A stretch of 28,738 nt of DNA from positions 1 through 28,738 of IMG/VR virus record IMGVR_UViG_3300037421_000030; one strand, 5' to 3'. Positions 1 to 9,213 of the stretch are shown here, piece after piece. The stretch is from a virus (taxonomy: Duplodnaviria > Caudoviricetes). The stretch's first letter is position 1. Every line of letters begins with the position of its first letter. Made by a program: the position numbers and the translations under genes. The notes under the pieces are model-generated. The model was not told the origin of the DNA and made no database searches. It saw only the letters and a program-made list of their open reading frames with translations.

Positions 1-1
1 G

Positions 2-652
2 CACATTGCCAACCAGCGTCTTGAGATAGCGCCCCATGCCTGTGGAGGCTGCCAGCCCTGCAGTAAAGGCCCGCTCACGGAAGGTGGCAATGGACTCACC
101 TGCCGTTGATGGCACCCCGGCCACCGGATTAGTCACTGTTAAGGTGATACCGCTGGGCACCGAGGTCAGCAGCTGCGTCACCGTGCCTGGCGGGATTGCC
201 CAGGCTCCACTGGTGGTGGCGACTGCATACATCGGTAAGGTTTGTCCATCCGCACCGCATATACCCCCATCCTGGCAGATATACTGATAGACGCTGTCTC
301 CCACAGTGAAGCCTTGCGCAATGGAGTATCCAGGAGGGCCATTGAATACCACATAAACTGACGTGTTTGTAATTGGCTGCGGGTCAACGCCATAAAGGGT
401 CCCCAGTTGATTGAGCAGAAAGGCATTGGCACCGAATGGTGTGATGGAGTTGACCAGATCAACCAGGAATGAATCTGACACCACCAGTGCATAGACATCA
501 GTGGAGGCAATGTCCTCAACAAGTGTGCTGGGCAGATTGGAAGTATAATCAGGCACAATGGCTGCTACCATAGCCACCAAGCGCGCCCGCAAGTCGGCTG
601 GCGAAGCTGGCTGTAAGCCTTGCTGAGTCATCACTAAGGGCAGAATGGCCAT
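2..652 (-). CDS. Baseplate J-like (Mu gp47-like) wedge protein, 5' part, runs off the left edge; not in the supplied ORF track
   Basis: ATG at 652-650 overlaps the TAA of the upstream gene (TAATG). My translation is open to the edge: MAILPLVMTQQGLQPASPADLRARLVAMVAAIVPDYTSNLPSTLVEDIAST...FLLNQLGTLYGV...VYVVFNGPPGYSIAQGFTVGD...GESIATFRERAF. The V-x-F-x-G..G..I..G and GE-x4-FR-x-R patterns are typical of baseplate J, and synteny fits. Confidence 0.85.
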   Translation of the reverse strand, partial: MAILPLVMTQQGLQPASPADLRARLVAMVAAIVPDYTSNLPSTLVEDIASTDVYALVVSDSFLVDLVNSITPFGANAFLLNQLGTLYGVDPQPITNTSVYVVFNGPPGYSIAQGFTVGDSVYQYICQDGGICGADGQTLPMYAVATTSGAWAIPPGTVTQLLTSVPSGITLTVTNPVAGVPSTAGESIATFRERAFTAGLAASTGMGRYLKTLVGNV

Positions 653-1044
653 TAGGTGGGTTGCTCCGGTGGATAATCCGGCTTCAACTGGAAGCCAATG
701 CGTGCCCCATAGTTGGTGAGCACACTAATTTGATAGTTGGGCGAAGGATTGCCTGAGTCATCAATGGCGTCCGGCAATCTCATCAGCAACACCGAGGCAA
801 AGCGCGGCGCGAACTGTTGTTGGATGCGGTTCATGTAATAGTCAGGCGCCACCTGCGTCACCACACTCTCATGCGCCGGGATGCCCCAATCACCCCAGAA
901 CGGACTTTCCCCAAGGTTCAGCTTGCACACTTGTGCCAACCAGGTCAGACAGACACTGTCGTTGAAGCCATTGATGTCTGTGGTCACCATCTGCCAAGTT
1001 TTCTTGCCAGTGAGCACATCGCGAGTGCGGCCCCAAACTCTCAT
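652..1044 (-). CDS. Baseplate wedge / sheath initiator protein (gp25/gp46-like)
   Basis: 130 aa, with LNLGESPFWGDWGIP motif. Lies between spike and baseplate J, with stop/start overlaps on both sides. Confidence 0.7.
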   Translation of the reverse strand: MRVWGRTRDVLTGKKTWQMVTTDINGFNDSVCLTWLAQVCKLNLGESPFWGDWGIPAHESVVTQVAPDYYMNRIQQQFAPRFASVLLMRLPDAIDDSGNPSPNYQISVLTNYGARIGFQLKPDYPPEQPT

Positions 1045-1646
1045 CCTATGCGCGCCTTCACATTGACAGAAGGTCCAGCGAGTGTCACCACTGGTGAATA
1101 GCTACCAGTCTTGCCATCACCACCGAGGAATATCCAGTGCTTGCCATCAACTGGCACAATCACTGATATGCGATTGTTCTGAGTGTCCACGATGATCTGA
1201 TGGGTCTTGTCCTTAGAAGTGATCATCACTCCATTGGGCCCACCAGTGACTGTATATTGGTCGTAGTCACGGCTTTCGGTGTCGGTGTGCGAAATTGGCT
1301 GGAAGGAAAGTGGTGTCAGGTTGCCGCGTGGATAGTAGTCAGTGGCACCGCCCGCATTGCCCGAGACCCCACTCATTGAGTAGTTGGAGGGCACCGCGTA
1401 ACCCTTGTCACCAACCTGGGTCGGGTCACGTGCATAAGGCGACATTGACTGCGGTATCTTCACTGTGGGTGGTGTGAATGTGTTGTCGTGGGTTTCAAAG
1501 GCCACCGTCACAAAGTCCTTGTCCACAGCGGTCACATGACAAGGAATTGGCTTAGAAATACGCTGCAACTGGTCATTGATCTTCTTGTCCACCCAGACAT
1601 CAATGTTGCGCTGGAAGGGATTTTTATGGCTGTCATAGCGGCCCAT
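1041..1646 (-). CDS. Baseplate central spike / puncturing protein (gp138/gpV-like); start re-assigned to MGRYDSHK
   Basis: ATG at 1646 overlaps the TGA of the hub gene. N-terminal IPCHVTAV..VTVAF...P.QVGDKG OB-fold-like pattern is followed by a beta-rich C-terminus. Confidence 0.7.
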   Translation of the reverse strand: MGRYDSHKNPFQRNIDVWVDKKINDQLQRISKPIPCHVTAVDKDFVTVAFETHDNTFTPPTVKIPQSMSPYARDPTQVGDKGYAVPSNYSMSGVSGNAGGATDYYPRGNLTPLSFQPISHTDTESRDYDQYTVTGGPNGVMITSKDKTHQIIVDTQNNRISVIVPVDGKHWIFLGGDGKTGSYSPVVTLAGPSVNVKARIG

Positions 1647-3067
1647 CAGTAATGCCTCACACTGCGTTGGCGCAGGCTCATTGTCTGAATGGGCACATTG
1701 CCCGCGCCCGCGCCCGCACCCAACCAGCTGAGGGGTTGTTGACCTTGCGGGTTTTGTGCCTGGTTGGCTTGGTCGGCCGTTTGCGCCGCCTGCTGCTGGT
1801 CTGTGTTGGAGGATTGCACCTGCGCATTGTAGATGGTGCACCAGGCATTGCCATCAGGATTTCTGAAGTCACCGATGTGTAACACCTTGTTGACATTGAA
1901 GGTGCCCTGGAAGGACAAGTTGGTCTTCTGGTCAACTGCCTGGGCATTGGGAATGATTGATTCAGCTGTGGTGGTCATCATTGTGGGTGGCAGAGTGATG
2001 TTCTGGCCAGTGTGGATGTCGCTGCGCTTCACTGTCTTGATCTGCACTGTCACTGAATCAATCCAGGTTGGCTGACCAATCAGATCCTGAGCCGCGATGG
2101 TGGTGCCCCCGCTACCACTCTGCTGCTGGGTGCCATCCCAGACATCAATGGAGGTGCCATGAGTGGTGATGTGCACCCCGCTGTAGCCATTAGTGCCCAG
2201 TATGGAGTGCGACAGCTGCTTGATGTAGGCAGCGAATTGAGGCAGGCTTTGATACATGCCTGCATCCTGATAGGGCAGCTTGAGATTGGGCGAGATGTTG
2301 ATGTTGAGCTGCGCCTGCGGAAACATGGTCGACAATGTGTTCTTGATTGATGTCGACAGCGGCATGTTGGGCTGCAGATTGTGGATCACATTGAGGGGCT
2401 GAGGGATGTTGCCACCACCACCAAAGGCTTCTGCAAGTCCACCACCAATGGTGGCTTCGGCCGTAGAAAAGTCCCAACCAAGCGCCGAGGAAATGCCACT
2501 GTCAAAAGGCATTACGTCAATCGAGCGCGCCCCTATGGAGCGGAAGCGCGGCAAACCGCTCTCAGCAAAGCTCAGTGCTGAGGGTAGCGCTCCCGCATCA
2601 TCACGTGTGGTGCGCGCATCCAAGGTCTGCGCTGGCGTCAAGCTGCCTGCCTCATCCTTGCCACCTTGAAAGCCTCCACCTGTGATCACCATGCCCAACG
2701 ACATCTCAGTGCCGATCCAGTTGCCCCAGCATTGTGATATCTGACCTTGGATCAGCAACCCGGCTTGCGGTGCCTGCGCGGTGGCCAGTGGCAGCCCTGG
2801 CTTCATGCCGCCATAAATAGCAATAGCAACACCACTGAGATTGGCCGATTGCTTGATCTGCTCAAACGGAATGCCGTGGATAGTGAGAGTGCAATTGGCC
2901 CCTGGCTGCCAATAGTCAACCTCCTCCAGTGACCACTCAATCTCCAACGCCCCTGGGTCATTTTGACCATTCACCCAGCTGTCCCAGATGGCACCCGAGA
3001 CTGAGGCTCCTGGCATAGGGGTGAAGGGTGGTGGTGCACCTTTTAGCACAATGGCATACCACCTCAT
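1646..3067 (-). CDS. Baseplate hub protein
   Basis: 473 aa. Motifs LTIHGI, IYGGMKPGLPLA, DLIGQPTWID and FQGTFNVNKVLHIGDFRNPDGNAW resemble hub proteins of this phage group; synteny before the spike. Confidence 0.7.
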   Translation of the reverse strand: MRWYAIVLKGAPPPFTPMPGASVSGAIWDSWVNGQNDPGALEIEWSLEEVDYWQPGANCTLTIHGIPFEQIKQSANLSGVAIAIYGGMKPGLPLATAQAPQAGLLIQGQISQCWGNWIGTEMSLGMVITGGGFQGGKDEAGSLTPAQTLDARTTRDDAGALPSALSFAESGLPRFRSIGARSIDVMPFDSGISSALGWDFSTAEATIGGGLAEAFGGGGNIPQPLNVIHNLQPNMPLSTSIKNTLSTMFPQAQLNINISPNLKLPYQDAGMYQSLPQFAAYIKQLSHSILGTNGYSGVHITTHGTSIDVWDGTQQQSGSGGTTIAAQDLIGQPTWIDSVTVQIKTVKRSDIHTGQNITLPPTMMTTTAESIIPNAQAVDQKTNLSFQGTFNVNKVLHIGDFRNPDGNAWCTIYNAQVQSSNTDQQQAAQTADQANQAQNPQGQQPLSWLGAGAGAGNVPIQTMSLRQRSVRHY

Positions 3068-3561
3068 GGATCAACCTCAAAGCAGCCATTGCGGAAGCAT
3101 AGTGTGCTAGTGGTGAACAATCCTGCCACCATATTCAGTATGCGATGGACTGAGCCCATCACCACCACTTGCCCAGGGTCTGCTGCTGATGGGAAGCTGA
3201 AGTTGGAATTATCAATGGTGAGGCAGCGTTGCTTACCATTGTAGGTTCCTGGCTGGAAATTGCTGAGTGTATAATCAACCATCTGCCCCGGCTTGCGCGG
3301 CAACCCAGGGACACTCTTGGTCATTGTCACTACACCCCGCAACGCATCATAGCTGATAGCATTGATGGCTTCCCCAACAGGTGAACCGAACAGTGGCACA
3401 GTGGTGACCCAGGTGCCATCCACAGCATAAACATTGACGTAGTAACGCTGTGCCGAGACATTCCAGGTCATCACCAGTTGGTAGGGTTGCCCATCAAGAG
3501 TGACAGCAATCTTAGGTGTCGCAAAGTTAGAAGGTATGAAAGGGATGATGGTCGCCATCAA
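3064..3561 (-). CDS. Baseplate plug-like small tail protein with an inserted beta domain
   Basis: VTLDGQPYQLVMTWNVSAQRYYVNVY is typical of the small baseplate protein preceding the hub; ends FRNGCFEVDP. Confidence 0.6.
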   Translation of the reverse strand: MMATIIPFIPSNFATPKIAVTLDGQPYQLVMTWNVSAQRYYVNVYAVDGTWVTTVPLFGSPVGEAINAISYDALRGVVTMTKSVPGLPRKPGQMVDYTLSNFQPGTYNGKQRCLTIDNSNFSFPSAADPGQVVVMGSVHRILNMVAGLFTTSTLCFRNGCFEVDP

Positions 3562-4310
3562 ACTGACCCAACACCAAAGCCAGGATTACTTCCAGTGGTC
3601 GGCGTAACAGCAATTGCTGCCCCTGATGATTGTTGCGCACCAGCGAGGGTTGGCGCTGAGGGCATCTGGTTGGTCTGAGCTCCACTCCCTGGCATCACTC
3701 CCGAAAGGTTGCCTGAGGTCGGCAGTCCATTGGTGATCTTGCTCATCAACAGGTTCTGGTTGGCTTGCACATCAGCCAACGACACCAGTGGTTTCTCAAA
3801 GTCAAAACGCCAGGCATTCTGCGGCATATTGGTGGATGTAGCGCGCGAAGTGTCAGTGAGCCCCAGCATCACCAGGTTGTCGTACTGGAAGGCCGGAGTA
3901 GCTACAGTGTAGGTGCCGCCCGCATTGTTGTGCTGGTCAAGAGTGGCCTTGAGTGACGTAAACACTGCCAGCTTTAAGGCCCAGGCATTGGGCCCGCGCA
4001 TTGGCGCATCCATGATCACCGCAATGTTGAGCGGCTCCCGGATGACCGCATTGGCAGCCACCACCTGATTGGCCATTGGATACTTGCCAATTGACTGAGC
4101 GATCAGGTTGCCGCCCGCCAGCACATTGAAGGAGCCAAAGGCATCGTCAAGATCATCAATGTCGAAAGGCAACTGCAGCGCCGAGCCTCCATTGGTAAGT
4201 GAAAGCATTGGCAACATCCCCCCAGGGATAGCGCTGGTGATACCGCCGCCCGTCAGGATGATTGGGCATACCTGGAAGGAAAGCTGGATCTGGGTATTTG
4301 AAGCGGGCAT
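3558..4310 (-). CDS. Tail tube initiator / Dit-like baseplate protein
   Basis: 250 aa directly after the tape measure. Motifs LSFQVCPIILTGG, YPMANQVVAANAVI, HNNAGGTYTVATPAFQY and WRFDFEKPL. Confidence 0.65.
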   Translation of the reverse strand: MPASNTQIQLSFQVCPIILTGGGITSAIPGGMLPMLSLTNGGSALQLPFDIDDLDDAFGSFNVLAGGNLIAQSIGKYPMANQVVAANAVIREPLNIAVIMDAPMRGPNAWALKLAVFTSLKATLDQHNNAGGTYTVATPAFQYDNLVMLGLTDTSRATSTNMPQNAWRFDFEKPLVSLADVQANQNLLMSKITNGLPTSGNLSGVMPGSGAQTNQMPSAPTLAGAQQSSGAAIAVTPTTGSNPGFGVGSV

Positions 4311-6323
4311 CTAAGCCACTCCCACCCCGCCCGCCAAACTGGCGCCTGTGGCATAGACGTTGGCCCCTGGTACATTGCGCAGCGTGAGCGAGGCCTGCCG
4401 CGTAGAGCCTTGCCATTGGCTGGTGCCTGCTGAAGCTTGTTTACCGTTGGCTGCTGGCGAGCTCGCTGTGTCATCCTTGGTGCGCTGTTCAGTCACACTT
4501 GGGGGTGCGGCCTTCTGCACTGCCGCCTTGGCATCTGGTTGCACATAAGGCCCGATATGGGGTGTGTCGTAAGGTCCATATGGCCCTTGCTTGATGATGC
4601 CTTTGCCATAGACATTGCCCCCAATGTCAGGCGCATCGGGATGATGCTGACGCCATGGCCCGTGGTACCAGTCAGCACGGTACTCCATTGCGCCCTTGGT
4701 GATGTCAGAGACGCCACCCGAGGCAATGGCACGAATGCGCTTGCGGATCATCTCAGCTTCAGCAGTGGTTGCCTTGCGGTGGCCGGCATATTGTCCGCGC
4801 GCCATTGCCACTTCTTGAAGATTGCCGCTGGGACCATAGCCTCTTGAACCAACGCGGTTCATCATGTTGTCAATCACCGCGTCTACCGAGGCCGGATCCT
4901 TGGTACGTGCCTCACCCGCAACAGTGTTGACCACATCATCAGAAAGGTCAGCATCGCTCAACTTGTAGACAGGACGATAGGTGCCTGCTTGTGTTGGTTC
5001 TACAGGCTGAGTGCCAACACCTGTATAGCCTCCACCAGCGCCGCCGCCGCGCGCCCGAATGCCAGCTGGAGCACCGCGTGTGTAGCTGGGGTTGCGGAAG
5101 CTGCCAGCACGCGTGTCCTGCCAGGTTCCCCCGCCGCCTTGGCCACCACCAGCAATCCAATTCTGACGCGAAGCATCAGACTGTGAACCTGTTTGAGAGC
5201 CTATTTGCCACTGACCCGCGAAACGACTGAGGATCCAACCCATCATATCGACAATAGGCTTCAACTTCTGGCCAAATTGGATCAAGGTATCAAAGAAGCC
5301 TTTCAGTTTTTCATAATCGTCCTTCAAGTCAGCCAGAAAATTCTTGAAGTCATCCTTGAACTCAGGGCTCTTCAGGTAGGTGTCAAGGCTTCCCAGCGCG
5401 GTGTGTAAGCTAGCCAACATCTCGCTGACCAACGGGCTGTTGGCAAAGTCCTTGATGATTTTCACCAGGTCGTCGGAAAGCTGACCTAAGACAGGCCCCA
5501 GATCAGCCAACTTCTCACCAATGATGTTCTTGATGGTAGTGCCTGCGGCCGAGAATTGCACTGCCAAGTCAGACAGGCCCTTCTGCGCCTTCTCGGTGAT
5601 GTCAAAATCCTTGGCGTGCTGCTCAACCTTCTTACGGATATCTTCCACTTCACCCTTGCGCGCCGCCTTAACATCAGAGAGAATGTCCTCCTCACCCATC
5701 AGGTTGGTGATGCCCATTGCGCGTGCCTGACTGATCTCCTGCCCTGGCTTCAGTCGCTGCGGCAAACGCTCCATAACCTCCAGCGCTATCTCAGTTGGGT
5801 CCTTAGTCATCACCTCTTCACGGCTGATGCCCAACCCGCCCAGCGCCCGCAACCGGGTTGGATCACCTTGCGCCGCCAATGCGATGTTCTGCAACAGTCC
5901 AGTGGGATTGGAGATGGCGCTGACAGCATAGTTCTGGAAGGCACCCGTCATGCCAAAGTTGCCACCAATGCCCATCACCTGGCGGCGTCGCTCCATGATG
6001 TTGCGCGACAACCTGTCGAGACCGAACAAGCCGCCACCAAGACCGATCAGTGCCGTCAACGCACCCATGATGGTAGAGATCTTGATCATGTGGGTCGCAG
6101 CTTCGGCCAAGTTCTTGGCGATGTTCTTGCTGTCAGTTGCCAAGCCCTTGAAGGCAGCAGACACACCACGTGACTGCTTGCCCATCTTATCGATGGCACT
6201 AGAGGTCTGTGTCCAGTAATTACTAGTCTGCTTCAACTGTTCACTGTACTGCTGCACCAGTTTCTGGAAACGCTGAAACTCGTCAGTGTTGACTTCAACG
6301 TCCAGGATGGCTTTGTCGGCCAT
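4311..6323 (-). CDS. Tape measure protein 2 with C-terminal SleB/CwlJ-like (Hydrolase_2) peptidoglycan hydrolase domain
   Basis: 670 aa helical protein with a hydrophobic segment (IMGALTALIGLGGGLFGL). Around 4600-4960 it has AGEA..AVIDNMMNRV...LQEV...GQY...DITKGAMEY...IGGNVY, matching the SleB-type pattern with the catalytic Glu in GEA. Confidence 0.75.
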   Translation of the reverse strand: MADKAILDVEVNTDEFQRFQKLVQQYSEQLKQTSNYWTQTSSAIDKMGKQSRGVSAAFKGLATDSKNIAKNLAEAATHMIKISTIMGALTALIGLGGGLFGLDRLSRNIMERRRQVMGIGGNFGMTGAFQNYAVSAISNPTGLLQNIALAAQGDPTRLRALGGLGISREEVMTKDPTEIALEVMERLPQRLKPGQEISQARAMGITNLMGEEDILSDVKAARKGEVEDIRKKVEQHAKDFDITEKAQKGLSDLAVQFSAAGTTIKNIIGEKLADLGPVLGQLSDDLVKIIKDFANSPLVSEMLASLHTALGSLDTYLKSPEFKDDFKNFLADLKDDYEKLKGFFDTLIQFGQKLKPIVDMMGWILSRFAGQWQIGSQTGSQSDASRQNWIAGGGQGGGGTWQDTRAGSFRNPSYTRGAPAGIRARGGGAGGGYTGVGTQPVEPTQAGTYRPVYKLSDADLSDDVVNTVAGEARTKDPASVDAVIDNMMNRVGSRGYGPSGNLQEVAMARGQYAGHRKATTAEAEMIRKRIRAIASGGVSDITKGAMEYRADWYHGPWRQHHPDAPDIGGNVYGKGIIKQGPYGPYDTPHIGPYVQPDAKAAVQKAAPPSVTEQRTKDDTASSPAANGKQASAGTSQWQGSTRQASLTLRNVPGANVYATGASLAGGVGVA

Positions 6324-6324
6324 G

Positions 6325-8070
6325 TTAGAATGATACTCCTGCCATGCTACTTGTGTCCCAGGTTACATCCTGATCGCTCTTGTTGATCACCTTCAGCTTC
6401 TTGGGATTGATGGCTCCTTGACCCAACTCCTCATCTGGCAGCGCCCCTGCCTCATCGCGCTCCTTGCGCGGCTTGCTCAGTGCTAAACTTTCACCAAGTG
6501 GCCGATCACCAAAGGCCTGCGCCGCCTTTTCACGGGCAGCTGGATCGACGCCCCACCATTTGGCAGCGTCGTCCAACTCCTTACCGCGCGGCAGTGGCTT
6601 GTCCCCAAAATCCTTGGCCGCCTTGTCACGACTAGCTTTATCAACACCCCACCACTTTGCGGCATCATCAAGCTCCTTGCCTGGGAATGTCTTGTCGCCA
6701 AAGTCGCGCGCTATCTTCTCGCGACCTTTCTTATCCACACCCCACCATTTGGCTGCATCGTCCAGTTCCTTGCCGGTGGGCAATGGCTTGTCGCCCATCT
6801 CACGGCGGATCTTCTCACGGCTTGCTGGGTCTGTCAATTCCTTCTCAATAGTGGAAACAGGTGCTTGCAAAAATGCTGCTATCTTGTCCAGACGCTCCCA
6901 GAACCACTTAAAGATCTGGTAGAGTGCATCAACATCCTTCAGCCAACTCTTGACTGTGGTGGTGTATTCAGCCAAGGTCGCAGCTGTCTTGTTGATCCAC
7001 TTTCTGACATCACCATTCTCCAACTCACCAACAAACCACTCCAGCCACTTCTTGAACTTCTTGATCAGATCATCAATGAAAGGACTGTGGGTGGCAAAAT
7101 CCTTGACCAATTTTAGAATTGTCTGGCTGAGTTGGTTCACATCATCAGTGATGCCTGTCTCTCCAAGCCTGTTGGCGATCACTGCCTCAGCGGTGCCCCA
7201 GAAACTGTGAATGGCGAGCGCGAACTCAATCAGCCCCTTCTGCGCCTTCTCGGTGACACGCATATCAGCCTTGTGGGCCTCATAAGCCTTAGCATGCTCC
7301 TCAAGTTCCTGCTGCGAGACCCGGCGCAACCTGATCAACTCTTCTGGGGAGAACAGTGCGGTAAGCCCGTAGGTCTCAGCTAGCTTCATCCAATTGCCAG
7401 CTGGCAGGGTCTTCAGGAAGGCTGCTGTAGCTGCCACCACTGCCACTGCTGTGGTCGCGGCATCAGGCCCCTTCTTGATGCCCAATGCGCGCAACGCAAT
7501 AGCCTGTTTACTGCCCCAATCGGCCATACCAGTGGCGATGTTCCTCACTAGGTCTTGGGGATCATTCAGCAACCCTTGATATTCAGTGCCGAAGGCCCGC
7601 AAGCCGCCCAAGGTGGCTCCAGTGGCCATCACTGTGCGGTGATCGTCCATCATCTTGTCGCCCAACTCGACCATCTTGTCGAATATCCAACGACCCAGCG
7701 CCACCATGGCACTGCCTGCCAACAGCGCGGTAGACAATCCCAAGGTGATTGGTGCTGCCAGCCCGCTGGCGAACATACGTGCCAATGGGCCCAACTCTGA
7801 TGTCATGCGCACTGCCAACGCACTCATTCTTCTGGCCAGTACCATGGTCAAATTGTGCATGCGCTTGAAGGGTATTGCTGCCATCACCGTTTGGGATTGG
7901 GCCTTCTCAGCGCGCCGCCACTCCAGCATAAACTCACGCGCTGTCTTGGTGGCCTTGTCGAGCTCAGTCATGTCCTGCATCAGCCGCCGCATTTGGGCGC
8001 TGAGGTCTGGAACCTCGATGCGTTGGGTTGCTACGACTTCCATAGTGCGATCATGTAGCGTTGTTGCCAT
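6325..8070 (-). CDS. Tape measure-like protein 1 (paralogue of 4311-6323) with C-terminal tandem repeats
   Basis: 581 aa, helical, with a hydrophobic segment. Follows the tail chaperone and has collinear similarity to the next gene (e.g. TEKAQKGL, KDFA). Start may be the ATG at 8043. Confidence 0.65.
   Translation of the reverse strand: MATTLHDRTMEVVATQRIEVPDLSAQMRRLMQDMTELDKATKTAREFMLEWRRAEKAQSQTVMAAIPFKRMHNLTMVLARRMSALAVRMTSELGPLARMFASGLAAPITLGLSTALLAGSAMVALGRWIFDKMVELGDKMMDDHRTVMATGATLGGLRAFGTEYQGLLNDPQDLVRNIATGMADWGSKQAIALRALGIKKGPDAATTAVAVVAATAAFLKTLPAGNWMKLAETYGLTALFSPEELIRLRRVSQQELEEHAKAYEAHKADMRVTEKAQKGLIEFALAIHSFWGTAEAVIANRLGETGITDDVNQLSQTILKLVKDFATHSPFIDDLIKKFKKWLEWFVGELENGDVRKWINKTAATLAEYTTTVKSWLKDVDALYQIFKWFWERLDKIAAFLQAPVSTIEKELTDPASREKIRREMGDKPLPTGKELDDAAKWWGVDKKGREKIARDFGDKTFPGKELDDAAKWWGVDKASRDKAAKDFGDKPLPRGKELDDAAKWWGVDPAAREKAAQAFGDRPLGESLALSKPRKERDEAGALPDEELGQGAINPKKLKVINKSDQDVTWDTSSMAGVSF
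6496..6831 (-). repeat. About 3.5 tandem 31-32 aa (93-96 nt) coding repeats GDKPLPxGKELDDAAKWWGVDxxxRxKxAxxF
   Basis: GKELDDAAKWWGVD occurs three times exactly in the translation, with synonymous divergence at DNA level. Confidence 0.95.
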
Positions 8071-8177
8071 TGCAGCCGCGTCGAATGCGGCCAGGAGATC
8101 TCAAACTGATCAAAGAACTCAGCGAAGCCTTCTTCCATCAGCCAAGTCAGGCAGCTTTGAATGATGGTTTCTCCTCC
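8031..8177 (-). CDS. Small ORF in the -1 frame overlapping the chaperone 3' end (possible gpGT-type frameshift extension)
   Basis: GGETIIQSCLTWLMEEGFAEFFDQF...LWKS is in the -1 frame relative to 8147-8731 and fills the gap between chaperone and tape measure. Confidence 0.45.
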   Translation of the reverse strand, partial: GGETIIQSCLTWLMEEGFAEFFDQFEISWPHSTRLQWQQRYMIALWKS

Positions 8178-8731
8178 GAATTCGGCTTCTCGCCAGTAGT
8201 CTCTACCGGCATCGATATCGGTAAGGAGCGCTGATATTCCGTAACATTGGACGATGTAGTTTGCGCGCCCCAGAGTGTGCGCATCCCGTCCATCACCGTT
8301 ATGAACTGCTCCCTGGGATGCATCCACGAGGCGCAGGTAAAATATACCAATGAGTTTTCCACCTCCGCCACCTGGTCTTCGTCCAGCCAGCCACGTTTAA
8401 TGGCCTCACCGTAAGGCAAGGTCTCCCAACCGCGCTCTGAAGGGACGATGACATTGGTAAGCCGCTTGATCTCTTGGAGCAGCGAATTCTGCACGCCTTC
8501 CCAGATGCCCATCTCCTTGGCCTCATCACGCAGGGCCAGGGCGGCCACACGTGGCCCCATCACCGGGCCAAGCTTGTTCATATAGGTGGCACTCAGGGTG
8601 CGCGAGATCACCAACCAGTTGTCTTCAAACACACTGCGGCTGATTGGAACAGAATGCACATGAACACGCCCCTTCTCACCCTCAATGGAGAGTACTAGGT
8701 TGAGGCGTCGATTGATCTTGACTTCGGCCAT
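8147..8731 (-). CDS. Tail assembly chaperone
   Basis: 194 aa between tube and tape measure; SD-like GAAGGGAG upstream. Confidence 0.65.
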   Translation of the reverse strand: MAEVKINRRLNLVLSIEGEKGRVHVHSVPISRSVFEDNWLVISRTLSATYMNKLGPVMGPRVAALALRDEAKEMGIWEGVQNSLLQEIKRLTNVIVPSERGWETLPYGEAIKRGWLDEDQVAEVENSLVYFTCASWMHPREQFITVMDGMRTLWGAQTTSSNVTEYQRSLPISMPVETTGEKPNSEEKPSFKAA

Positions 8732-8758
8732 TATATTCTCCCTTCATCGTAGTAAGCC

Positions 8759-9199
8759 TTAAGTCCCGAAGAAGCCTGTGTTGACGTTGTAGTAGCCGCG
8801 CGCCGTCACCACCATCGCAGCTTCCATGCCCGCCATGGCCATCTCCCGCACACTCTCCAAGGCCACATTGTTGATGATGAATGGATTGAGCGCGTCAGTG
8901 TCCGGAAATATGGTCACCAGCCCCACCAGCGTGGTGTTCTCGATCTGCTCCTTGTAAACTTCTGCCAAGGTTGAGGAACGCACGATGCTCATGGTGATGC
9001 TGGCCGAGAGATAAGGCGCTGGCGAGCTCACCAGGCTGACCATCGCTGGCAGCAGGTCTGTGGCATTGCCCTCAAGTGCCAGCCTGATGCCCTCAGTGGT
9101 CAGGTAGCCGCTGGTCATATTGAGCTGTGGAAAATCCTGATAGGTGACTGAGGCCCGGAGCCTATTCAGCACACCGGGAGGGGTGAATTGGTAGGCCAT
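8759..9199 (-). CDS. Tail tube protein
   Basis: 146 aa, beta-rich, directly after the sheath. GVLNRLRASV N-terminus and GYYNVN C-terminus; AAGGGAG SD. Confidence 0.75.
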   Translation of the reverse strand: MAYQFTPPGVLNRLRASVTYQDFPQLNMTSGYLTTEGIRLALEGNATDLLPAMVSLVSSPAPYLSASITMSIVRSSTLAEVYKEQIENTTLVGLVTIFPDTDALNPFIINNVALESVREMAMAGMEAAMVVTARGYYNVNTGFFGT

Positions 9200-9213
9200 G
9201 GGCTAGCTCCCTT

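Noticed and set aside
6496-6831. CRISPR-like array or DGR template/variable repeats
   Set aside because: The repeats are in-frame coding units differing at synonymous positions. There are no unique spacers, no adenine-specific pattern, and no cas or reverse transcriptase gene in the window.
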